This document shows, piece by piece, positions 40,086 through 47,559 of a stretch of 64,000 nucleotides of DNA. The stretch is taken from the IMG/VR virus record IMGVR_UViG_3300001598_000002, positions 51,864 to 115,863 of that record; one strand, written 5' to 3'. The position numbers were made by a program, and so were the translations under genes. Every line of letters starts with the position of its first letter. Positions within the stretch are counted from its first letter, which is position 1. This stretch comes from a virus (taxonomy: Duplodnaviria > Caudoviricetes). The notes under the pieces are model-generated. The model was not told where the DNA came from. It worked only from the letters and a program-made list of their open reading frames with translations, and did not search any database.

Positions 40086-40182
40086 GGTCCTAATCCGTCT
40101 TACGCTCGCAATGTTCGTAGTATCGGTACGGATGGTAGTTTGGGCAGCGGCTATGCCAGCGGTTCCGGTGGCGTTGTCCCGG
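40086..40182 (+). repeat. DGR template repeat (TR), positionally canonical but adenine-depleted
   Basis: Non-coding copy between avd and RT. Diverges from the VRs at the 3' end (CCCGGACTGT vs CCCGGCCCTGT), as expected for IMH*/IMH. Confidence 0.88.
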
Positions 40183-40373
40183 ACTGTATATGGTAGCGGC
40201 GTAGATAAATACTCAATCGCTCCATAATACACTATATAAAACTTCTGCACAGAAACTATCTACAGAAACTACTAAAATATACAGGGAGTAAATGTCCGGC
40301 CTCCGAGTTATCCATAAAATAGGAGGGAACAGTTTAATGACGTAGTTGTCGCTTTGTAGAACTACTATTAGCA

Positions 40374-41459
40374 TTGATGTTGAGAGTTATGAAAAAGAAT
40401 GAATATTTTGATGATGCAATCTCATTTGAGAATTTATATAGTGGATTAAGGAAAAGTTGCCGCAATGTTCGGTGGAAAGATAGCGTCGTTACTTATGAAT
40501 TTAACGGCCTAAAGAACACCTATAACTTGCGGCAACATTTTTTAGATGAAACCTATGAGATTAGTCCATATCATGAATTTATAATTTATGAACCTAAAAT
40601 AAGAGAGATTGTTGCTACTCGTATTCGAGATAGACAATTTCAGCGTTCATTATGCGATAATGGATTATATGTAGATTTAACGGAATCTTTTATTAAAGAG
40701 AATCCTGCTTGCCAGCGTGGTAAAGGTAATGATTGTGCATTAGATTGCTTGACACAAAACTTATGTAAATATTATCGTGAACATGGTAATATTGGTTGGT
40801 TTTTAAAGTGTGATATTCATCATTATTTTCCATCAACAGACCATGAAATTGCATCAAAAGCAATTCATAAGCGTACTACTGATTCAAGGGCGGCCGCGGC
40901 TGTAGATCAGATTATTGATTCTTTTGGTCATGATGGTGTTGGTATTGGCCTGGGTAGTCAAGTTAGTCAATTAATTGAACTTTGCATTTTAGATGATTTA
41001 GATCATTTTATTAAAGAAAAACTTCATATCCATTATTATGTTCGATATATGGATGATTTTGTATTAATTGATCCAGATAAACAAAAACTTGAATGGTGTT
41101 GGAAACAAATTGAACTCTTTTTAAAGGATTATAAACTTGAATTAAATGAAAAAACTACATTACAACCATTGAGTTCCGGAATTCGATTCTTAAAATGGCG
41201 TTTTGTATTAACTGAAACTGGTCGCGTCTTACGCTTAATGGACTATAACAAAGTTACCGTTGAAAAGCAAAAGCTTCAAAAACTTTGGGCAAGAGAGCAA
41301 GAAGGTACTGTACCAGTTGGCGCGACAGAGGGAAGTCTTGATTCATGGATCGCTAATGCAGACCGCGGCGATACATTTGCATATAAAAAAGAGTTGGTTA
41401 CATTTTACTGTCGTCTTACAAATCGACAATATAAATATAAGAAGAAAAAGAAAGGATAG
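40374..41459 (+). CDS. DGR reverse transcriptase
   Basis: LKCDIHHYFPS, GIGLGSQVSQ (the DGR-type GxxxSQ motif) and YVRYMDDF. Start may be ATG 40377 or 40389. Confidence 0.95.
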   Translation: MMLRVMKKNEYFDDAISFENLYSGLRKSCRNVRWKDSVVTYEFNGLKNTYNLRQHFLDETYEISPYHEFIIYEPKIREIVATRIRDRQFQRSLCDNGLYVDLTESFIKENPACQRGKGNDCALDCLTQNLCKYYREHGNIGWFLKCDIHHYFPSTDHEIASKAIHKRTTDSRAAAAVDQIIDSFGHDGVGIGLGSQVSQLIELCILDDLDHFIKEKLHIHYYVRYMDDFVLIDPDKQKLEWCWKQIELFLKDYKLELNEKTTLQPLSSGIRFLKWRFVLTETGRVLRLMDYNKVTVEKQKLQKLWAREQEGTVPVGATEGSLDSWIANADRGDTFAYKKELVTFYCRLTNRQYKYKKKKKG

Positions 41460-41479
41460 GTATTATAACCTATCCTTTT
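41451..41479. terminator. Bidirectional terminator at the convergence of the two genome arms
   Basis: AAAGGATAGGT-attata-ACCTATCCTTT, flanked by A and T tracts. Confidence 0.85.
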
Positions 41480-41481
41480 AT

Positions 41482-41865
41482 TTATTCAGTAATAAACGGG
41501 AAAAGTAGATCAAATTCTTCAATAGATAACTCTAATTTATCTAATTCTTCAAGAGTAAAACTTACATCTGGAACATCTACATCTAAATTCCATAATTCAT
41601 TACATTTTTCTTGAACTAAATCAATATATTCTTTTTGTAACTGAACTCCAGTCCCATTATCAATCATCTTCGGCGCGCCTGTCTCATCACGTTCTGCATA
41701 TTCCATAATTAACTTATTTAATTCTTCACTATAAAATCGTGCTTCTTTATCAAGAACATTAAATAATTTACTAAATTTATATGCAGTTTTAACTGGAAGA
41801 ACCTGCGCCTTAACTTTTTGATAGATTGGATTAAGGTTCAATACTTTTGCCATTTTAATTTGCAT
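41482..41865 (-). CDS. Hypothetical protein
   Basis: 127-aa acidic helical ORF coupled to the upstream resolvase gene. Confidence 0.75.
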   Translation of the reverse strand: MQIKMAKVLNLNPIYQKVKAQVLPVKTAYKFSKLFNVLDKEARFYSEELNKLIMEYAERDETGAPKMIDNGTGVQLQKEYIDLVQEKCNELWNLDVDVPDVSFTLEELDKLELSIEEFDLLFPFITE

Positions 41866-41869
41866 TTCC

Positions 41870-42589
41870 TTACTCCCAATTTACAATTTCAGTTTTCTTT
41901 TTATGTGTGTCAGAAACATATTTTCCAATACCAACAGCATCCGCAATATCATCACTAACACTTACATCATACCATTCTTTTACAAGTAATTGCATTGATT
42001 TTTTACGATCTGCTCTTGCCTTCCCCTTAACTCCACAGTGCGCGCGCCATGTATTTGTTGGACAAATAATATACGGAATATTTAATTCAATACATAAATC
42101 CATTAAAATACCTTGTAAACGTGCGAGTGTTTGGAATGTTGTAACACCCATATTCTGTTGAAATTGAATACCTTCAATTCCTACAATATCTGGCTTCCAA
42201 TTATTAATCATAGAAATTAGCCAAATTCGGATCTCATGAAAACGTTTTCCTTCGTCTTCACCTTCTACTACAAATGTTCCATAAGTAGTTAATTGATTCC
42301 CATCAAAAATACTGTATCCAGTAGTATATGATGCTTGATCTAAAGCCAGAATACGATTTTCACCTTTTGGTTTGGGTTTAATGATATTCAAATTTTGCTT
42401 AAACTGGTTTTGTTTGCATACAGGACATTCGCGCTTGGTGCGCAGATGCGCCCAATTGGCATATACTAAATGACCTTCTGGGCATTGAAACTGCATCTGC
42501 GCATCTAAATTTTGATAGTCTGTAGATACAACTTTCCAATTATCTTGCGCGAGTTCCTGCACGATATCCTCTAATTTTATTCGTGCCAT
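41870..42589 (-). CDS. ruvC: RuvC-like Holliday junction resolvase with N-terminal Zn ribbon
   Basis: ILALDQAS..TGYS, GIEG and DDIADAVGIG catalytic motifs. CPEGH...CPVC at the N-terminus. Confidence 0.82.
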   Translation of the reverse strand: MARIKLEDIVQELAQDNWKVVSTDYQNLDAQMQFQCPEGHLVYANWAHLRTKRECPVCKQNQFKQNLNIIKPKPKGENRILALDQASYTTGYSIFDGNQLTTYGTFVVEGEDEGKRFHEIRIWLISMINNWKPDIVGIEGIQFQQNMGVTTFQTLARLQGILMDLCIELNIPYIICPTNTWRAHCGVKGKARADRKKSMQLLVKEWYDVSVSDDIADAVGIGKYVSDTHKKKTEIVNWE

Positions 42590-42607
42590 TCACTCACTTT
42601 CCATTAA

Positions 42608-43507
42608 TTATTTTAAGCCAGTACTTCCAAAACCACCATTACGATTGTCTCCAATTTCTTGGACGCTATCGACGCGATAAAATGCGACTTTTGGAACTTC
42701 ACAAAGCACTAACTGACAAAACTTTTCGCCCTTACCAATAGTAAAATCACGACCATACTCAATAGAAGTAATTTCCATATGGTCTATGAAACCATTCTCT
42801 TTCATAATTGTATTAGTTGTAATATCTCGAATAGGCGGTTCCACATTTTCAATAATTACTTTGATTTCATCGCGATAAGCCTGATCAATTGTGCCAGGAG
42901 TATTAGCCACTCTAAGCTTGGTCTTTAAGGCGCGGCCGCTCTTGGGACGTACTTGAAGTTCAAATCCTACTGGTAATGCAACCTTAATTCCAGTTGGAAC
43001 AAGAACCGTTTCACCTGGATGTACTGTAATATCATCAAGTGCATAAACATCCATTCCGCTATCACTAATATGGGCATACTGCGGAATTTTTGCATCAGGA
43101 TGACAAAGTTCAATAGCAACAGGCACATTTCGTTTAGCAATACCTTCAGTATCATTAATACAATTAACGATAGACGCAAGCATTTCCTTTAAGAAATCGC
43201 GTTTAGGTTTAGAAAGATTTGTCTTATCTACTTCATCACTAAGAGTTAAAAACGCTTCTGTGACATCTTCTGCTTTACCACCAGTTGCATTAAGGGCTTG
43301 GACAAGTGCAATTTTATCATTTGGATTGTTTAGAGACTGCTGATAGGATTGCATGATACCCGGCGCCAAAATCTCAAATTGGTCTTCTGGTACGCTTAAA
43401 AGACGAATAACTGAATCCATTAAATCATTGGCTTTAGTGTCATCTCCAACCACATTTTTCATTGTAGTAGTTAATTCATGAAGTTGATTCTTTGTAATAT
43501 CTGCCAT
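42608..43507 (-). CDS. dut: Trimeric dUTPase with N-terminal extension
   Basis: SGMDV, RPKSG, GTIDQAYR, KFCQL and RNGGFGSTG motifs I-V. Confidence 0.92.
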   Translation of the reverse strand: MADITKNQLHELTTTMKNVVGDDTKANDLMDSVIRLLSVPEDQFEILAPGIMQSYQQSLNNPNDKIALVQALNATGGKAEDVTEAFLTLSDEVDKTNLSKPKRDFLKEMLASIVNCINDTEGIAKRNVPVAIELCHPDAKIPQYAHISDSGMDVYALDDITVHPGETVLVPTGIKVALPVGFELQVRPKSGRALKTKLRVANTPGTIDQAYRDEIKVIIENVEPPIRDITTNTIMKENGFIDHMEITSIEYGRDFTIGKGEKFCQLVLCEVPKVAFYRVDSVQEIGDNRNGGFGSTGLK

Positions 43508-43725
43508 TAAACTAAATCCTCCCAAATGTCTCCAAAAATCTGAGTAATAGATACAATCCAGGCTTCAGCAATTATTTCGCCTTTTGCTTTTTTAGTCTTA
43601 TACTCATAACCAGCCTTCTTTACAATATATCCTTTTTGTGATGCTTCTGCGCGAAACTGTTCAATCATATCCTTTGCTGCGATTTCAGTTTCTGCACGAA
43701 ATTTACTTGTTGTTTCTAAAAGCAT
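43507..43725 (-). CDS. Hypothetical protein
   Basis: 72-aa ORF with AAGGAG RBS, coupled to its neighbours. Confidence 0.7.
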   Translation of the reverse strand: MLLETTSKFRAETEIAAKDMIEQFRAEASQKGYIVKKAGYEYKTKKAKGEIIAEAWIVSITQIFGDIWEDLV

Positions 43726-44010
43726 TTATTTATCTCCTTGGCACTCGCCAATAATATGGTTTGATGTTTCAATTACTGTATTTCCAATAGAATTGGTATC
43801 AGTACAATAAATATATGGAGTTGTATCAAACGGTTTTTCATTATAGATAATAGGCGGATAATATGGTGTGGTAATAATTGGGTTACCAGTCCACACCCTT
43901 GTCCCTTCCGCGCGACCTTCTTCATATACATCATTAATTAGTTTTTCTAATTCTTGCCTTGTAAATTCAATTTTATCATCTTTATTGGGATAAAAATATT
44001 TAATTAACAT
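43726..44010 (-). CDS. Hypothetical protein
   Basis: GGAGG RBS precedes ATG 44010. Confidence 0.6.
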   Translation of the reverse strand: MLIKYFYPNKDDKIEFTRQELEKLINDVYEEGRAEGTRVWTGNPIITTPYYPPIIYNEKPFDTTPYIYCTDTNSIGNTVIETSNHIIGECQGDK

Positions 44011-44022
44011 TATATCCTCCAA

Positions 44023-44445
44023 TTATTTTAGAACTTCTTCTTTAACAAATGAGCCATCCCAATCTGTATAATAAATTCGTTTTATACCTAAATCATGAAT
44101 AAGCGCACTACATGCTTCACAAGGCTTGGCACAACTAATTTTTCCATCTTTATGCTCTCTATAAATATATAATTCAGTTTTAGACCAGTTAATTGAATTA
44201 TTGTTGAGCAAAGGACTAAGTGCTGCAATCTCAGCATGCACCTTGGGAATACAATAAGTTCCTTCATCAAAATGACGATATTTATTATATTTATCTTGGA
44301 CTGGTGAAGTTTTCGTAGAATTACATCCAGTAGAAATTATCCTATTACCATCTACTACAACTGCGCCAATTCGTGCCTTTTTAAAATCACTTAAAAGACT
44401 TACTTCGCGCGCGATATTAAAAAAGCGTTTCTGCTTATTTGTCAT
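44023..44445 (-). CDS. Cytidine/dCMP deaminase-family Zn protein
   Basis: HAE...KPCEAC motif, IGAVVV..NRIISTGCN. Start MTNKQK follows GGGAG. Confidence 0.85.
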   Translation of the reverse strand: MTNKQKRFFNIAREVSLLSDFKKARIGAVVVDGNRIISTGCNSTKTSPVQDKYNKYRHFDEGTYCIPKVHAEIAALSPLLNNNSINWSKTELYIYREHKDGKISCAKPCEACSALIHDLGIKRIYYTDWDGSFVKEEVLK

Positions 44446-44473
44446 AAGATTACTCCCTTCATTTTCTAATATA

Positions 44474-44502
44474 ATTATATCAAAAAATGAAGGGAAAATC
44501 AA
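44474..44502 (-). promoter_or_regulatory. SigmaA-type promoter TTGATT-N17-TATAAT
   Basis: Seen on the - strand between the permease and deaminase genes. Confidence 0.7.
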
Positions 44503-44505
44503 ATT

Positions 44506-45765
44506 TTACTTATCCTTTAATACTAAATTGAGTCCAAAGCCAAGTATCATCGCAAGCGCCACACCAGTAAGAGATTCATTAAATAAAAAGATACCACTAA
44601 TTCCACTCGTTAAAATTACAGATGTAATAATTAATGTTTTATTATTATCTAAATCAATTTTATTACGAATTAGAACTTTTAGACCGCTACAAGCAATATA
44701 ACCATATAGAATTAATGCACAACCACCAAAGACACAAGAAGGAATAGTTTGGATAAAAGCACTAACTGGGCCAATAAATGAAAGAAGAATTAGCATAATA
44801 GCAGTTGTAAAACTAACCCATACTGATGCAACTCTACTAAATCCAATAGTTGCAATAGATTCACCATAAGAAGTATTAGGAAGTCCAGCAATTACAGTAC
44901 CAACTGCACTAGCAACGCCGTCACCAATAAGTGTCTTATTTAATCCTGGCTTATGAATTAAATCTTCACTAATAATATTGGATAAACATTGATGGTCAGA
45001 ATAATGTTCCATAATTGAACAAAGCGTAACTGGAATAAATAAAATAATTACTTGAAGTAAATTGGACCATGAAAAATCGTTAATATTCCATTTGAAACAA
45101 GTTAAATCTGGATACCACTGAATAGATTTAAAAGCATCAAAATTAATTAATTGCGCCCATCCAATCCAAGTTACAACTAAAGCAAGAATATAACCAACAA
45201 TTAATCCAAATAACAGTGGTATAGTCTTTTTAAATCCTTTGAAATAATGGCTACAAAGTGCTGTTACAAACATAACAATGATAGCAATTACAACTTCCCA
45301 TGTATTACTATTATGAGTATATGTCCCCATAAACATTGCCAAATTTAAACCGATTAAAATAGTAATTGAACCAACAATATAGGGTGGAAACAATTTGTTA
45401 ATTTTTTCAATTCCAAATTTTGATGCGGCCGCGCCAAATAAACAATAAATAATTGCAATAAATCCACCACCAATTGCAACCATTAAGTAGTTTTGTGGAC
45501 TTGCGCCTGGCATTGCTAATGCTCCAATAACTGCCGAACACGTCGCGCCACAACTTGAAATAAACATTGGAGATTTAAATCCCGTAATTAATTCATAAAT
45601 AATTGTTGCAATGCCTGCGCCGAGTAAACAGGAACTAATAGGTGTGCCACAAATATTTGCAATTAACACTGTTGCTACAAATACAGCCAAAAGCATTTGT
45701 AAAGTATATAAAGACCATTCTTTTAATGAATGAGGTTTTTCATTAACTTTATAAATTAAATTCAT
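44506..45765 (-). CDS. uraA: NCS2-family uracil/xanthine permease
   Basis: Many TM helices. EH..D, L.KTLIGDG and the NCS2 signature PNTSYGESIA....RVAS. Confidence 0.88.
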   Translation of the reverse strand: MNLIYKVNEKPHSLKEWSLYTLQMLLAVFVATVLIANICGTPISSCLLGAGIATIIYELITGFKSPMFISSCGATCSAVIGALAMPGASPQNYLMVAIGGGFIAIIYCLFGAAASKFGIEKINKLFPPYIVGSITILIGLNLAMFMGTYTHNSNTWEVVIAIIVMFVTALCSHYFKGFKKTIPLLFGLIVGYILALVVTWIGWAQLINFDAFKSIQWYPDLTCFKWNINDFSWSNLLQVIILFIPVTLCSIMEHYSDHQCLSNIISEDLIHKPGLNKTLIGDGVASAVGTVIAGLPNTSYGESIATIGFSRVASVWVSFTTAIMLILLSFIGPVSAFIQTIPSCVFGGCALILYGYIACSGLKVLIRNKIDLDNNKTLIITSVILTSGISGIFLFNESLTGVALAMILGFGLNLVLKDK

Positions 45766-45766
45766 T

Positions 45767-46279
45767 TTAAAACTCCTTTGCTACAGTCTTTAGTTTTTCA
45801 ATCGCATCTTCAATATTGCTAACTAACCATCCACTTTGTTTAATTAATCCAGTAACATATAGATTTTGATAACTATACTGTTGCTCTCCAAGAGATTGTG
45901 CGCCGCCCCAGTTCTTCTCTGAAGAATGGGTTAGATACATTTGTCGATTATCAGTACAAATTCCAATAATATACTTATGATCACCACGGCGAATTTTTTC
46001 TCTAACCACGCCAATTTCTGCACTTGTACCTGCTGGGACCACATCCCCATCAATACAAGCAATTAGCACATCGGTCTTATCTAAGCGTTCATTGTCACCG
46101 TTAGCAATTTCTTGAGAGCCAGCAAACTTTTTTTTGCCTTCTGACCCGTTGATTTCTGTATTTTCGATTGGGCTATATAACTCAATTCCAGGAATGGCTT
46201 CTCTTATCTTTTTTGCCCATTCAGTATTACGTAACTGGTCCCCATAGCAAAAGATGCCTCCTGCTAAATATGCTTTCAT
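45767..46279 (-). CDS. Nucleoside 2-deoxyribosyltransferase or nucleotide N-hydrolase family protein
   Basis: YLAG..F, YSP, D...DVLIAC.DG...GTSAEIG and NLYVTG. Confidence 0.82.
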   Translation of the reverse strand: MKAYLAGGIFCYGDQLRNTEWAKKIREAIPGIELYSPIENTEINGSEGKKKFAGSQEIANGDNERLDKTDVLIACIDGDVVPAGTSAEIGVVREKIRRGDHKYIIGICTDNRQMYLTHSSEKNWGGAQSLGEQQYSYQNLYVTGLIKQSGWLVSNIEDAIEKLKTVAKEF

Positions 46280-46713
46280 TTTTCCAATCCTCCATCAAAA
46301 TAATAAATAATTTTATCTAATGATTTAGCAAATTCAATTTCTTTTTTGGTAGATTCTCCAATATAATGATCGGGATTTACTATATATACAACATCTGCCA
46401 TCATAATTTTTTGACGATGAAGTTTGTCTAATTTTTCTTTTTCTTTATCAGTGATAGTATCGCCAGAATGTCCCCAAACACCAGGCATTAACACAATTGC
46501 GCCTTGTTTAGTAAATTCTCGATTCATTTGCATAAATAATTCTTTAAATCGGGTACTACCACATAGACATACAATCCAGGAATGGTCATTTACTAATTTT
46601 GCTTGTTCTTCGGTCAGATGATATTTATATCGATTCATATAATCCACAGTGACATTCTCCTTTATATCCATTTTGTACCTTCTCACGAAAATCTTTGCAC
46701 ATACATTTTGCAT
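46276..46713 (-). CDS. NDT-like Rossmannoid protein (start may be 46671 or 46638)
   Basis: CLCGSTRF...H..KI.MAD.VY.VN...YIGEST..EI.FA. Confidence 0.65.
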   Translation of the reverse strand: MQNVCAKIFVRRYKMDIKENVTVDYMNRYKYHLTEEQAKLVNDHSWIVCLCGSTRFKELFMQMNREFTKQGAIVLMPGVWGHSGDTITDKEKEKLDKLHRQKIMMADVVYIVNPDHYIGESTKKEIEFAKSLDKIIYYFDGGLEK

Positions 46714-46816
46714 CTGGAGTTTTTTCTAACGAACAAGGGCAATATCCATCGTTTTCAATCAATTGCTTTTTTGCCTCGCGCGCCAAGTCCTGATCACTAT
46801 TAATACGTATATTCAT
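46625..46816 (-). CDS. Ferredoxin:thioredoxin reductase catalytic-subunit-like protein
   Basis: GYCPC...CMC...CHCGLY matches the FTR-c CPC/CPC/CHC pattern. Confidence 0.82.
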   Translation of the reverse strand: MNIRINSDQDLAREAKKQLIENDGYCPCSLEKTPDAKCMCKDFREKVQNGYKGECHCGLYESI

Positions 46817-47342
46817 TGCAAAACTCCTTTCCATATTGATTATTACTTGCTAAATATATTCCTAAAACTTCATCAAAATGTTTTTCTTGACTTGGTCTAA
46901 AACGCCCAAACTTTACAATAATACCATATCGCTGTAAATATTGCCATTGATCTGCAAACATTTGATTATGTTCTTTTTTATAACTATATCCATAAGTTCC
47001 TTGATTTAATTCTTCTTCTGTATATCCAGTATAAATAATTACAGGATCTTTACATTTATATTGACGTCTAAAACAATCAATGAAAGGTAATAAATCAATC
47101 ATGCTGTCAAATGGTTCTAATCCAGCAAGTACGATACCTTTCGTAATTGGATTATTTATATACCGTTGAATTAAATCTTCTTTACTAATTTCAATATCTG
47201 GTTCTTTAGCAAGCGCGCTATTTTGGCATAGCGCGCAGCCATTTTCAATATCACATTTAAAGGTACATGATGGAAAGGCAATATACATTACTGGCTCTTT
47301 ATAATCAGTAAAGCATTCATCTGTAATTCCTTTAATTTTCAT
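46800..47342 (-). CDS. nrdG: Anaerobic RNR activase (radical SAM)
   Basis: CTFKC....CALCQN, GLEPF, YTGY..EE, KFGRF and LASNNQ. Confidence 0.85.
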   Translation of the reverse strand: MKIKGITDECFTDYKEPVMYIAFPSCTFKCDIENGCALCQNSALAKEPDIEISKEDLIQRYINNPITKGIVLAGLEPFDSMIDLLPFIDCFRRQYKCKDPVIIYTGYTEEELNQGTYGYSYKKEHNQMFADQWQYLQRYGIIVKFGRFRPSQEKHFDEVLGIYLASNNQYGKEFCNEYTY

Positions 47343-47559
47343 TTTTCTCTTTATCCTTTAGTCCAGCCAAATATCCATTTGTATAGCAATCATTAGCATA
47401 TTTTTGAATATTATTCCATACAGTAGGAAATAGCGCAGTTAGAATAAATTGTAATGAAATTTCTGTATCATCATCTAAATCACTCGCGCGCGATACAACT
47501 TTACGTAATTGACTTAGTGGAACAGTAGGCATTTTTTCGGTTGTTTTAATTGGATTCAT
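47332..47559 (-). CDS. Hypothetical protein
   Basis: 75-aa ORF overlapping nrdD and nrdG, with GGGAGG RBS. Confidence 0.6.
   Translation of the reverse strand: MNPIKTTEKMPTVPLSQLRKVVSRASDLDDDTEISLQFILTALFPTVWNNIQKYANDCYTNGYLAGLKDKEKNEN

Larger units (their letters stand above)
35626..41459 (+). mobile_element. Diversity-generating retroelement cassette with two targets
   Basis: Gene order target1(VR1)-target2(VR2)-CBM-avd-TR-RT. Confidence 0.93.

Noticed and set aside
37063-40182. Three-copy repeat as a CRISPR array
   Set aside because: The 97-nt copies are kilobases apart, two lie inside CDS ends, and there are no spacers or cas genes.
40374-41459. RT as a group II intron, retron or Abi RT
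   Set aside because: It has the GxxxSQ motif, adjacent avd, TR and VRs, and no maturase/endonuclease domain or msr-msd, so it is a DGR RT.
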